Source of the DNA: Minisyncoccota bacterium | Lineage (GTDB): Bacteria > Patescibacteriota > Minisyncoccia > Phycocordibacterales > CAIZLB01 | Length of the DNA stretch: 62,615 nucleotides | Direction: 5' to 3' | Assembly: GCA_018062305.1 (NCBI GenBank) | Contig: JAGOSK010000003.1 | Coordinates: 1-62,615 of the forward strand | Shown: positions 9,319 through 19,175 of the stretch, piece after piece | Layout: the number at the start of each line of letters is the position of its first letter | Position numbering within the stretch: the stretch's first letter is position 1 | Position numbers and translations under genes: made by a program | The notes under the pieces: generated by a model | Told to the model about the DNA's origin: nothing | What the model saw: the letters and a program-made list of their open reading frames with translations, nothing else | Database searches by the model: none

Positions 9319-9804
9319 CTACTCAATACTCACCACAGTATACTTTGCCTCGCCTGCTGGTGTTTTGAATTTGAATTCCTCGCCCTTCTTTTTTCCAAGA
9401 AGAGCTTGGCCAATTGGAGATTTGAATGAGATTTTTCCTGTGGCAGTATCAGCTTCCTCTGAGCCTACAATAGTATATATACGCTCTGCTTTGTCCCCAG
9501 TCTTCTTTACATGAACAACAGAACCTACTTCAACGACATCAGAGTGATGTTTAGCCACGATCTCAGCATTAGCGAGAATAGATTCGAGCTGTAAAATACG
9601 ATCCTCGAGTGTTGCCTGTGCTTCACGAGCTTCGTGATACTCAGCATTTTCTGACAAATCACCAAGACCCTTTGCAAACTCTAATTCTTCAGCGATTTTC
9701 TTTCGCTTAACAGTCTTAAGATCCTCAAGCTCTGCAGTGAGAAGTTTGAATTTTTCCTTCGAAAGATATTCTTTATTGTTTGGGTTTTTTGACATAATTT
9801 GCAA
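9319..9804 (-). CDS. greA: Transcription elongation factor GreA
   Basis: Coiled-coil N-terminus (LTAELEDLK...GDLSENAEYHEAREAQ) plus a C-terminal FKBP-like fold. An alternative ATG lies at 9795. Confidence 0.9.
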   Translation of the reverse strand: MQIMSKNPNNKEYLSKEKFKLLTAELEDLKTVKRKKIAEELEFAKGLGDLSENAEYHEAREAQATLEDRILQLESILANAEIVAKHHSDVVEVGSVVHVKKTGDKAERIYTIVGSEEADTATGKISFKSPIGQALLGKKKGEEFKFKTPAGEAKYTVVSIE

Positions 9805-9893
9805 TTTGGGACAAGTATACAGGTTTGGGGTCGCTGGGTCAATGTAGATTTTAGAGCTATCACCTCACAAATACAAAAGTCCGCTCAGCTAGG

Positions 9894-11627
9894 TTAGACA
9901 CTTGAAAGATACTCAGGTGCATACACATTCATCCAATCGAGCCAAAGTGCCATTGCTGCCGTTCCACCCTCTGTAGCTGTGCTAGGACCCCGCTCAAGGA
10001 GTACAGCGAAGGCATATCGAGGTGCATCACTTGGGAAGAATCCTACTGCCCATGAGTTGATTTGTTTCTTTGCCACACCGAGCTGTGCAGTACCGGATTT
10101 GCCTGCTACTTTAACATATGGCACGTTGAGTAACATCATGCTCCCCTCAGTGACAGTCTGACGCATACCCTCACGGACGACTCTATAGTAGGCCTCCTGG
10201 GTTATATCTATTTTTGTGCCCGAGTTTGCGCCAGCCGTTGTACCGACGTTTTGACCAACCGTGTTTTGACCAGCGACCTTCTGGAGAGTTGGGGTAAGTA
10301 AAGTTCCACTATTTGCCAAAACTGCCGTAGCTCGAACTGCTTGTATGGGACTGATTTGAAAACCGTACTGACCAATAGAAGTGTTGTATGTATCACCCAC
10401 GCGCCAAATATCTCCGTCGAAGTTTAGCTTTTTCCAATCGGGCGTCGGAATGACACCCTTTTTACCATGGAAAAATGTCCCTTCGAGTGAATCACCAAAA
10501 CCAAACATACGTGAATACTTGTCTATATTGTCGATACCTAAACCTTTTTGTCCCGGAAATCCTCCTCCTATTTGATAAAAATAAACATCGGATGAAACTG
10601 CAATAGCTCTACGCATATCTGTATATCCATGTGCTTTCCAGTCTTTGAAGATTGTAAACTCTCCAGGTCGATATGGATTTGGCACTTTCAACTCACCAGT
10701 ACTTTCTATTTGTTTTTCTGGAGTAATGACGCCCTCAACCAGTGCGGCAAGTGCAAATATAGGCTTGACGATTGATCCTGGAGTGTACAAGCCGGATGAA
10801 ACTCGATCGAGAAATGGGTTGCTCTTATTTTGTAAATATCCATTTATTTTTTCTACATCCTTTCCATCTGTCAGAACATTTGAATCATATTCAGGATTTG
10901 AAACACTCACTAGTATCTCTCCAGTTCGTACGTCCATTACTACTCCTGCCCCACCTTCAAAACCAGACCTTCGTCGCATTTCAGATATTGCTTCATACAT
11001 AGATTTTTGGGCTCCTGCGTGTATAGATAGACTAATGTTGTCACCTTTTTTAGGAGGGCGAACTACACTTTCAGAAAGTGTTTTTCCAAGTGCATCAGTT
11101 TCAGTAATTTTCAAACCGTTATCACCTGAGAGTAGTTCATTGTAATATTTTTCAACACCATCTCCACCTGCAAACTCAGTATTGTAGTAAAACCCAAATT
11201 TGTCTTTTTTGGGATATTTTACATATCCAACCAAGTTGTGCAATCCAAGTTCTGTCGTATACGAACGAAGAGAAAAATCGGCTTGAGTAGGGTCTGTTTG
11301 GTTCCAAGCAAGCAGTGTCCCCTCTCTATCGGTTATTGCTCCGCGTTCAGCGAATAAGAGACTGTGATGAAGACGGTTGTTTTCAGAAATAAGTCTATAT
11401 CGCTCGCCCCCGACTACTTGTAAGGTGGTGATTTTATATATAAAAAAAACAGCAACAAAGAGAAATACTACGCCCGCAATACGTATTGAATTTTTAGAAA
11501 TAGGTTTTTCAATCTGCCCTTCAAACTGGTCTGTATCAAACTCAGGTAAGTTTGATGAATCAAGGAAAATTTCCTCAGGATTAATTTCCGTATATCTTCG
11601 AACATCTTTTGAACGCCTAAATATCAT
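9894..11627 (-). CDS. mrdA: Penicillin-binding protein 2 (elongasome transpeptidase)
   Basis: TM anchor, SxxK (GSIVKP), SSD and KSGTA. Immediately follows mreBCD. Confidence 0.85.
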   Translation of the reverse strand: MIFRRSKDVRRYTEINPEEIFLDSSNLPEFDTDQFEGQIEKPISKNSIRIAGVVFLFVAVFFIYKITTLQVVGGERYRLISENNRLHHSLLFAERGAITDREGTLLAWNQTDPTQADFSLRSYTTELGLHNLVGYVKYPKKDKFGFYYNTEFAGGDGVEKYYNELLSGDNGLKITETDALGKTLSESVVRPPKKGDNISLSIHAGAQKSMYEAISEMRRRSGFEGGAGVVMDVRTGEILVSVSNPEYDSNVLTDGKDVEKINGYLQNKSNPFLDRVSSGLYTPGSIVKPIFALAALVEGVITPEKQIESTGELKVPNPYRPGEFTIFKDWKAHGYTDMRRAIAVSSDVYFYQIGGGFPGQKGLGIDNIDKYSRMFGFGDSLEGTFFHGKKGVIPTPDWKKLNFDGDIWRVGDTYNTSIGQYGFQISPIQAVRATAVLANSGTLLTPTLQKVAGQNTVGQNVGTTAGANSGTKIDITQEAYYRVVREGMRQTVTEGSMMLLNVPYVKVAGKSGTAQLGVAKKQINSWAVGFFPSDAPRYAFAVLLERGPSTATEGGTAAMALWLDWMNVYAPEYLSSV

Positions 11628-11935
11628 GAGTAGAATCTTACTCTTTTTTTAATCATCTGCAAAACAAAAACTATACCCGCAGTAATCAGTGTAAAAAAGA
11701 AAGTTCTGAGGATGAACGATGCGCCTGCTACCAACGGAACATCTGATACAGCACTCATATACCGTGATGCAAAAAATACGTCCATTAAAAAACCAAGTGC
11801 GATAAATTCATAGTATGAGAGATACCAAGCAGCAACTATACCAATAGCAAAAGGTATGTACCATGGCAAAAAAGGTACAAATATAAACGAACCAAATAAG
11901 ACGATATTAACGAGTGCTCTTTTTGATTTGAACAT
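11624..11935 (-). CDS. mreD: Small polytopic membrane protein, MreD-like by position
   Basis: 103 aa, three hydrophobic helices, between mreC and PBP2. Shorter than typical MreD. Confidence 0.45.
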   Translation of the reverse strand: MFKSKRALVNIVLFGSFIFVPFLPWYIPFAIGIVAAWYLSYYEFIALGFLMDVFFASRYMSAVSDVPLVAGASFILRTFFFTLITAGIVFVLQMIKKRVRFYS

Positions 11936-12635
11936 AATGGAGTGCGTTGAGTTTTACAGGTAATTTAAAATATATATGTGAAAATGCTTCACCTTCACTC
12001 GTATCAACATGCTCTGCTGTTCCCAAAATTACAGGGCGACCAGCAGCCACCAAAATCTGGTCACCCTCAACGATGGGGATATTTTTTGGGACTTTGATAT
12101 AAAAATTTCCAGCACCTCTCCCTTCTGCAACCACTGGTATCGTACTCGAACCGACCAGCACATCTATTTTTTCACCCGGCGCAGAAAAAAGTTTTACAAC
12201 GGATGATTTTGAATTCACTACCTCGACTCGACCAATACTGTAGTCCATCTCTGCATATACCATGTCGCCCATCTGCAAACCGTGGTCCTCACCGATATCG
12301 ATGATGAGTGAATCATATGGCACTCTCGGCGGTCGCGACAGCACAACAGAAAGTAGTCGGTCATCATGCTCTGTTTTTCTACCGACTATTTCCTTCAACT
12401 GCTCATTTTCATTTTTCAAGGCTTGGATAAGAGTATTTTCAGAAATAGGACGAACTGGATCGTCATAATATCCCAGTACATAGCCGACACCTTTCTGTGT
12501 GGCATGGAGCGCTGAAGCAAGCGGTTTAGAAAAAAGCACGTATACAAACATCAGCGCTATAACAATAAGCACAATACGAAAAAATTCTTTACCTGAATTT
12601 CTTTTTTTATCGCGTGACAGGTAGTTCATGTTCAT
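11907..12635 (-). CDS. mreC: Rod shape-determining protein MreC
   Basis: N-terminal TM, coiled coil (LKNENEQLKEIV), beta-rich C-terminus. Located after mreB. Confidence 0.75.
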   Translation of the reverse strand: MNMNYLSRDKKRNSGKEFFRIVLIVIALMFVYVLFSKPLASALHATQKGVGYVLGYYDDPVRPISENTLIQALKNENEQLKEIVGRKTEHDDRLLSVVLSRPPRVPYDSLIIDIGEDHGLQMGDMVYAEMDYSIGRVEVVNSKSSVVKLFSAPGEKIDVLVGSSTIPVVAEGRGAGNFYIKVPKNIPIVEGDQILVAAGRPVILGTAEHVDTSEGEAFSHIYFKLPVKLNALHYVQIKKSTR

Positions 12636-13671
12636 TTTGGATTAGCATATCTTCAAATTTTTCTAGCTCTTCTAGGATAATACCAGCTCCACGCGCGACC
12701 GCAGTGAGAGGATCCTCAGCGACATAGACCGGAATACCAACATAGTCTGAGAGCGCTTCGGGCAATCCCCGAATCAATGCACCACCTCCCGCGAGATAGA
12801 TACCATTTCGCATCACATCAGCGAGGATCTCGGGAGGTGTTGTTTCGAGCACTTCTTTTACAGCATCGAGGAGTGTGTTCATCGACGCACCTATAGCTTC
12901 GCGGATATCTGAATCTGTAATAATCACTTCCCGTGGAAGTCCAGTGACGAGGTCTCGCCCACGGATAGTGGTTTCAAGTGAAGGGTTGCATGGCAATACG
13001 CTTGCAATAGATATTTTCATATCTTCGGCTGTTTTTTCGCCAATCAAAATTTTAAATTCATTTCTAATATATGAAATAATATCGGTGTTGAGTTTGTCGC
13101 CTGCTATTTTCAGATTTTTGGCACGCACGATACCACCAAGTGAGATGACCGCAATGTCTGTGGTACCGCCACCAATATCTATAATCATCGAACCTGTCGC
13201 TTCACGCACAGGTAGTCGAATACCAATAGCTGCAGACATCGGTTCTTCTATAATATGCACTTCTCGAGCACCAGCATTTTTGGCAGCGTCACGTACCGCT
13301 CGACGCTCTACATTTGTCACACCATATGGCACGCCGACAACAACTTTTGGTCCGAGCATTTTTTTGGAAAGCCCTTCAGCTTTTTTTATAAGGTACGAAA
13401 GCATTTCTTCTGTAATTTCAAAATCAGAAATAACACCATCAACAAGTGGACGTATAGCGATGATGTGCCCTGGAGTCCTACCGAGCATGGCTTTTGCTTG
13501 TGCGCCTACTGCCACTACTCGTCCAGTTTTTTGATTGACTGCTACTACTGATGGCTCGTTTATGACAACACCTTTTCCTTGCATATACACCAGAGTGTTT
13601 GCAGTACCAAGGTCAATACCGATGTTATTTGAGGTCATTCTATGAAATTTTTGTTTGAGCTTTTTATACAT
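12607..13671 (-). CDS. mreB: Rod shape-determining actin homolog MreB
   Basis: IGIDLGTANTLVY, IDIGGGTTDIAVISLGG and LAGGGALIRGL motifs. Confidence 0.95.
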   Translation of the reverse strand: MYKKLKQKFHRMTSNNIGIDLGTANTLVYMQGKGVVINEPSVVAVNQKTGRVVAVGAQAKAMLGRTPGHIIAIRPLVDGVISDFEITEEMLSYLIKKAEGLSKKMLGPKVVVGVPYGVTNVERRAVRDAAKNAGAREVHIIEEPMSAAIGIRLPVREATGSMIIDIGGGTTDIAVISLGGIVRAKNLKIAGDKLNTDIISYIRNEFKILIGEKTAEDMKISIASVLPCNPSLETTIRGRDLVTGLPREVIITDSDIREAIGASMNTLLDAVKEVLETTPPEILADVMRNGIYLAGGGALIRGLPEALSDYVGIPVYVAEDPLTAVARGAGIILEELEKFEDMLIQNEHELPVTR

Positions 13672-13909
13672 AGATGTATTGAGGTGTTTGGGGATATGTG
13701 AAAATGGTCGCCTTTTAAGGGCTATCCTGTTGCCGGTATTTTACACCAAAGGGCGTATTTGCACTATTCTCAGATTAGACCTTTCGTGGTAGCATCCACG
13801 TCAGGACACACATTGCCCTTTTCATCAACAAATCCGCCGTTATGGTGGCATAAAACGACAGAAAACACAGACTGCTAGGAAACCAACAACTCAAGAAACC
13901 CAGAATCAT

Positions 13910-14389
13910 ATGAACGAATTTTTCGCCAAGTTTTTCACGAAGCATGGGCACTTCATTAAGAAAATCGTCTGGAATGCACTCAAGTCACTACTATTCGGCA
14001 TTGCAGGGCTTTGCCTCCTGATTACATTTATGGAGGAAACTCACTTCTACTTTCGGTTTGCACCGCATGCACTCTGTGCTCTCGGCTTTTTTGCAGACTA
14101 CAAAGCATCTAAATCCGAGCTGTGGGGACAGTGGGTAAAGTCCGCCGAAGGACCAAAGTCATTCAACGCAAAGATTGATACTTTGCGTGTAAACCTGCAT
14201 AGAAAGGTAGCTGGATTGATAATCCTAGCTGGTTTGATGGCTCGCCTTGAACTAGTGGGAGCTTCTAGCAAAATCAGCCAGGGAGAAAGTGTAAATCACG
14301 ACATTCTGAGTACCAGCCTGTCAGTAATTTTACTCCTACTCGGAATAGTTTTGTTCAGCAGGACTATGGGTTCGACCGTACGTCGATAA
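13910..14389 (+). CDS. Hypothetical membrane protein
   Basis: 159 aa with four predicted hydrophobic segments. No recognisable motif. Confidence 0.5.
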   Translation: MNEFFAKFFTKHGHFIKKIVWNALKSLLFGIAGLCLLITFMEETHFYFRFAPHALCALGFFADYKASKSELWGQWVKSAEGPKSFNAKIDTLRVNLHRKVAGLIILAGLMARLELVGASSKISQGESVNHDILSTSLSVILLLLGIVLFSRTMGSTVRR

Positions 14390-14393
14390 GCCC

Positions 14394-14436
14394 AAAACCG
14401 CAGAGACACTTCATTGTGCTTCTGCGGTTTCGTTTT
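14394..14436. terminator. Bidirectional intrinsic terminator between convergent genes
   Basis: AAAACCGCAGA...TCTGCGGTTT hairpin flanked by an A-run and a T-run. Confidence 0.65.
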
Positions 14437-14463
14437 GTCTCAAATTATATTTTTGAGCGCCCC

Positions 14464-15132
14464 CTACCCCTCAATCTCCATATTTCGCTTGAACTTCATA
14501 ACACCCTGACCGTTTGGTAGCATGAGATCTAACTGAATGGTACGCATATCGTACGAAGTTACTTTCGCGAGATCAGCCAAGAAAGATTTTTCCTTGCTCC
14601 ATTCGCAGATTTTTTTTGGTGCGCCTGATGCTGTAGTTGCAGATGCTGCGCCAGTTACATCAAACTTGATTGTACCTAATGCCATTTCATCTTCTGACTC
14701 GAGTCCTGATACTGTATTTTTATCAACTGTATATGTTCCACGAATAGTATTACAATCCCCGATCACAAACAAAGTTTTATCTTCATTCAACTTCAAAACA
14801 AAATCTTTTCCTTTTACAGGACCCACTGGTGCCCATGCAGGATTTGAATATGTAGTTTTGAACCATACCCATTCTGATTGGATTCGAGAATATGCGGCTT
14901 TTGTATCAACTGATCTAGCTTGTAAATTATTAACAGCACCAGTCGTCGATGTAGACGTTGTGTCGTAGATATCAGAAATGCCCGTGCCTGCTGACTCGTT
15001 TGTTGCTTCATTAGATTTGGATGATCCAAAGAAGATAGCGACGAGTGCCACGATGACTGCTACCAAGATACCAATGTATACTTTTTTATTATTTCGAAAA
15101 TTTTGCATGATGTTTTGTGTGAAATTTTTCAT
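14464..15132 (-). CDS. Secreted or anchored protein, possibly META/HslJ-like domain
   Basis: N-terminal TM. IGDCNTIRGTYTV resembles the GCN..G.Y motif of META domains. Confidence 0.4.
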   Translation of the reverse strand: MKNFTQNIMQNFRNNKKVYIGILVAVIVALVAIFFGSSKSNEATNESAGTGISDIYDTTSTSTTGAVNNLQARSVDTKAAYSRIQSEWVWFKTTYSNPAWAPVGPVKGKDFVLKLNEDKTLFVIGDCNTIRGTYTVDKNTVSGLESEDEMALGTIKFDVTGAASATTASGAPKKICEWSKEKSFLADLAKVTSYDMRTIQLDLMLPNGQGVMKFKRNMEIEG

Positions 15133-15177
15133 ATGATTTTATATAAGATTTTGTGTGAAATTTTGTGTAAGATTTTA

Positions 15178-16284
15178 CTAAAACAGCGTCCAAATGTCCT
15201 TTGCCGTCACCACCAGCATGAGTGCTATGAGTAGCAAGAATCCGATACCATTTACCCACTGGATAATCTTTGGATTAAGCTCACGTCTGATAATTGCCTC
15301 TATAGCCACTACTACTATACGCCCACCATCGAGTGCTGGGAATGGGGCAAGGTTTAGCACAGCGAGGTTCGCTGATATGACAGCAGCAATGACAAGCAGA
15401 CTAGCAAATCCAACTTTGGCTGATTCACCTACTGCGCCAGCGATACCAACTGGACCGCTAACCTGTTCGAGGCTCGCATTACCCATGATGGCAGACCCGA
15501 GAAAAGTATAAAGACCGATTGCTACATTTTTTGTGAGGTAATAGGTCTGTCGAGCGCCATAGTAAAAGGATTCAAAGAAACCAGCTTTCACCGTAGCTAC
15601 CATATCCATAGAAATACCCACAGCTTTCTTTCCAGCGACGATTCCTTCTTTCGGTGTGATGACTATTGATTTTACCTCATATTCTTTTTCACCAGTTTTT
15701 GGTTTGAATTGCTTCACTGTAACTTCGATGTTTTTTTCAGCGCCAGCAATTACCTCTTGTGCTCCAACAACTGAAAGTGAAGTCGAAGCAAGTACTTTTT
15801 TAGAATTTGTGATAGAAAGAATTTCATCACCAGATTTGAGTCCAGCCATTTCAGCAGGACTTCCAGGAGCTACCATAACTACTGTGAGAATAGGATTCTT
15901 GACGATAGCTGCGGGCATCGCGTCAGCTGATGCTTTTGCACCGATAAATAGCGACAACGAGAGTAAAAGCCACGCGAGGATAATATTGAAAGTAACACCA
16001 GCGGCAAGCACTACAACCTGTTGCCACTTTGGTTTTGAAAGCATATTGTCTGGAGTACGTGCATCCTCTGAGTTTTCACCATAAATACGTACATAGCCAC
16101 CAAGTGGTAAAAGGTTGATAGCATACCGAGTCTTACCCCACATCCAGCTACCAATACGTGGAGGAAAGCCAATAGCAAACTCATCTACTCGAATACCAAA
16201 CATACGAGCAGCAAGAAAATGTCCCAACTCGTGGATGAATACCAATAATGTAAGTACTAATAGAAATATGATTGTTGTAGACAT
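15178..16284 (-). CDS. rseP: Site-2 protease, M50 family zinc metalloprotease RseP-like with PDZ domain
   Basis: HELGHFLAARMFG (HExxH), PDZ-like middle region, NLAPFPALDGG. Start is likely MSTTIIFLL (ATG 16282-16284); the track ORF extends to 16311. Confidence 0.85.
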   Translation of the reverse strand: MSTTIIFLLVLTLLVFIHELGHFLAARMFGIRVDEFAIGFPPRIGSWMWGKTRYAINLLPLGGYVRIYGENSEDARTPDNMLSKPKWQQVVVLAAGVTFNIILAWLLLSLSLFIGAKASADAMPAAIVKNPILTVVMVAPGSPAEMAGLKSGDEILSITNSKKVLASTSLSVVGAQEVIAGAEKNIEVTVKQFKPKTGEKEYEVKSIVITPKEGIVAGKKAVGISMDMVATVKAGFFESFYYGARQTYYLTKNVAIGLYTFLGSAIMGNASLEQVSGPVGIAGAVGESAKVGFASLLVIAAVISANLAVLNLAPFPALDGGRIVVVAIEAIIRRELNPKIIQWVNGIGFLLLIALMLVVTAKDIWTLF

Positions 16285-16383
16285 GCGATTTAGCGAAATC
16301 GCGTCGCGCAAGTCCGAACCTGTTGGTTCGTGTCGAATCTCTTTCCTTTTAGATTCGACCTGCGCGACGCTGGTTCAGATATA

Positions 16384-16935
16384 TTAATTTATAATTTCTT
16401 GTTCTTTCTTTGCAAAAAGTTCGTCGAGCTTCACGTTCCCTTCTTGTACAAACTTTTCCATCTCTGTTTTTGCTCGCATAGCATCATCCTCACCCATACT
16501 ACCTTCTTTTTTCTGAGTATTGATATCATCTGAAACTTCACCTCGCTCACGTCGAAGTGCAACTTTTGCATCTTCAAGTTTGTCCTTTGCAACTTTTACA
16601 AGCTGTATACGTCGCTCACCCGTAAGCTCTGGAAAAATGACCCGGAGACCTGAACCATCTGCGACCACTGACACACCAAGGTTTGCAATAGTAATAGCTT
16701 TTTCGATAGCCTGTGTCTGACTGTTATCCCAAGGAGAAATACGAATAGATCGAGCGTCCTCTGAAGTAACAGTAGCAAGTGATGTAATAGGCATCTCAGA
16801 ACCGTATGACTCTACTCGAACTGGATCCAAAAATGCAGTAGAAGCTCGTCCAGTACGAATACTAGCAAGCTCTTTTGAATACCACTCTTGTGTTTCTTTT
16901 ACTTTTTGTTGAAATTTTAAAAAATTGTATGCCAT
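16384..16935 (-). CDS. frr: Ribosome recycling factor
   Basis: Frr-like sequence starts at an internal Met (MAYNFLKFQQKVKETQEWYSKELASIRTGRAS; ATG 16933-16935). Confidence 0.9.
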   Translation of the reverse strand: MAYNFLKFQQKVKETQEWYSKELASIRTGRASTAFLDPVRVESYGSEMPITSLATVTSEDARSIRISPWDNSQTQAIEKAITIANLGVSVVADGSGLRVIFPELTGERRIQLVKVAKDKLEDAKVALRRERGEVSDDINTQKKEGSMGEDDAMRAKTEMEKFVQEGNVKLDELFAKKEQEIIN

Positions 16936-17069
16936 TGTGTGATTTTGCGATTTAGCGAAATCGTGCCGCGCAACCGTCCTCTTAGCGCGGCTCTTATTCT
17001 GATTTTTGATTAGTATGCTCATTATACTAGCACGAGGTGAAATTTTGTTAAAATTTTGATAAAAACACA

Positions 17070-17498
17070 CTACCCTTTATTCCCCCTCAAATACACATCT
17101 ATTCTATCCCTATCTTCATTTTGCTTTTGACCTTTAAAATAGATTTCTATATACAAAAATGTCGCAGATACTACGGGTACTTTAGAAATAGAAGGTTCTG
17201 TCGAGCTCATATCAGCGTGATATGCATAAATAACTCGAATCGATCTATCCTTTAAACTTGCACAGGCAAGACGGGTTTTCACTATTTTTATATGTTTGGT
17301 GTTGTGCAGTAAAACAAAATTCGATCCAACACCTATCGGATTCAACAACAAGACTTTTTCGAGTCTTGCCAAATCTGATTCCAAACTTCTATACTTTTTA
17401 GAAAGTTTGGTGAGTTCTTTTTCAAATTCTGGCAGACGTCTAAAGTTGCTCATAAGCTCGTACGGAAGTTTCTTCGGGTCGGTAAAAGACGTACTCAT
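17070..17498 (-). CDS. RelE/ParE-superfamily toxin-like protein
   Basis: FEKELTKLSKKYRSLESDLARLEKVLLLNP..., IRVIYAY, LYIEIYFKGQKQNEDRD. Overlaps the 3' end of the upstream antitoxin-like gene. An alternative start lies at 17453. Confidence 0.55.
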   Translation of the reverse strand: MSTSFTDPKKLPYELMSNFRRLPEFEKELTKLSKKYRSLESDLARLEKVLLLNPIGVGSNFVLLHNTKHIKIVKTRLACASLKDRSIRVIYAYHADMSSTEPSISKVPVVSATFLYIEIYFKGQKQNEDRDRIDVYLRGNKG

Positions 17499-18252
17499 AG
17501 TCGAGCTGTTCTTTTTCTTTTGCAACAAGCCATGGAGTATCCTTGTGCGATAATGCCGATATCTGTGATGCAGTGAAGTCTGAAAGTCGACCGAGCTCCT
17601 CATCGATATGTGCTAACTCTTGAGCGCTGAGTTCAGAGAATTCTATTCTTTCATTTGGATTGACCAAATACTTTGTCTGTTCGTATTTGTAAAATTTACT
17701 CTTTATGGTCTCAATCTTTCCCTCTTTTTCGAGACTAGAGATAATAGTGCTAAAAGCTACAGGGGTTGGACCATGAGTGTTCTTGATATATCGAGCACCG
17801 ATGAGTTGCTCTTCGTATTTTTCGTAATAATCAAAATCAATAAAGTATAAAATCTTGTATAGCACTGTCTGCCCTATATTTGGTTTACCCCCAACTTTTG
17901 ACAAAATATACAACAGAACTTGCTTGTACTTTTTGACCTTTTCTTGTGGAATAGAAATACGCTCTTGCGACTTGTCATGTGACATATGACTTGATGTGCT
18001 ACCACGCACTTTGTGGTTAGACTCTAAAATGATTGTTGGTTCAGATTGTAATTTACCTATGTTGATTTCTTCTAATGAAATATCAAACATGCTCCCTAGA
18101 ATCGAGGCCTCGTCGAGAGATAGATCTCTATCCCCTTTTTCAAAAGAAATATATGAAGTGCGAGAAATACCGAGCTTTTCTGCGACTTCTAATTGCGAAA
18201 GCTCTTTCTCTTCACGCAGTTTTTTGATAAGTGATGCACTTTTTGTACTCAT
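17440..18252 (-). CDS. XRE-family HTH fused to a DUF4065 (Panacea/SocA-like) antitoxin domain
   Basis: N-terminal HTH (LSQLEVAEKLGISRTSYISFEKG). The C-terminal region (YKQVLLYILSKVGGKPNIGQTVLYKILYFIDFDYYEKYEEQLIGARYIKNTHGP) matches my recollection of DUF4065. Confidence 0.6.
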   Translation of the reverse strand: MSTKSASLIKKLREEKELSQLEVAEKLGISRTSYISFEKGDRDLSLDEASILGSMFDISLEEINIGKLQSEPTIILESNHKVRGSTSSHMSHDKSQERISIPQEKVKKYKQVLLYILSKVGGKPNIGQTVLYKILYFIDFDYYEKYEEQLIGARYIKNTHGPTPVAFSTIISSLEKEGKIETIKSKFYKYEQTKYLVNPNERIEFSELSAQELAHIDEELGRLSDFTASQISALSHKDTPWLVAKEKEQLDYEYVFYRPEETSVRAYEQL

Positions 18253-18355
18253 GCAAGAATTATATACCCGAGTAAAAATATGTCAATATATTGTACTACT
18301 GAGTGTATAACTATGTGACACACACGATTGGCACTCTCTGGCAATTTATGGGTAA

Positions 18356-19084
18356 TTACAAAACTGGCAATGTCAACGCCATATACTCAAGTAGTAGCTT
18401 CTTGGAAGAAGAGGTGTCTCTCATATAGTCTTCTATTTTTGTAAATATTTTTGCAATTGAAGTGTGCGCCATGCTCGGAGTATTTACACTGTTACTCGAA
18501 CCACATACCAACTTCTCAACCTCTTGTATAAAACTAAATATCTCTGCATCCCCTATTTCTTCATCAGATTTTAAATCAAGAATTTCTTTTATCTGTGCAA
18601 GTCTTTTCGTTTGAGAGTTCTTTATGAAAAGTTCAGGCGACAAGACTTGCTTGGACAGAACTCCGTTATTGGCTGTACTTTTATGGGTCGCACTTTTCTG
18701 AATATCTCTAATAACCTGCACTCGTGAAAGTATAGTCGGCAAAAAGATAGCGGATGTATTTGTGAGTATAAAAATAAATGTACCTGGGCGTGGTTCCTCG
18801 AGAGTTTTGAGAATTGCATTTTGAGCTTGATGTGAAATAGAATGCAAAACTACAACAATGATTTTATACATTCCAACAGTTGGTTTTCGAGAATTTACAT
18901 TAACAATTTCCTGTACGTTATCAATACCAAAATCTCCTCTATCGAGCAAAATAAGATCGTTGTGTCCTATATCTATTCCAAACTCTTTTTTTAGAAAATC
19001 AAATATAGCGAGTCGAGTCTGAGTAGTATCACCTTCTATGATGAAGGCGTGATGCATTGATTCTTTTTTGAGGTGGGAGAGCAT
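18356..19084 (-). CDS. holB: DNA polymerase III delta-prime subunit-like clamp-loader protein
   Basis: HAFIIEG, LKTLEEPRPGTFIFILT, LPTILSRVQV. Confidence 0.65.
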   Translation of the reverse strand: MLSHLKKESMHHAFIIEGDTTQTRLAIFDFLKKEFGIDIGHNDLILLDRGDFGIDNVQEIVNVNSRKPTVGMYKIIVVVLHSISHQAQNAILKTLEEPRPGTFIFILTNTSAIFLPTILSRVQVIRDIQKSATHKSTANNGVLSKQVLSPELFIKNSQTKRLAQIKEILDLKSDEEIGDAEIFSFIQEVEKLVCGSSNSVNTPSMAHTSIAKIFTKIEDYMRDTSSSKKLLLEYMALTLPVL

Positions 19085-19175
19085 ATTGTATTAGAGAGTA
19101 TATCAAAAATAAAAAGAAAAACCGCCTGCCCTGTCACGACAGAAGGTTTTTCTGTCGCCGGGAGGCGATTGAGGA

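Noticed and set aside
12875-13534. 219-aa plus-strand ORF opposite mreB
   Set aside because: It is a Ser/Ile/Pro-rich shadow frame of a highly conserved gene. The same kind of shadow ORF appears opposite the second mreB (20308-20634).
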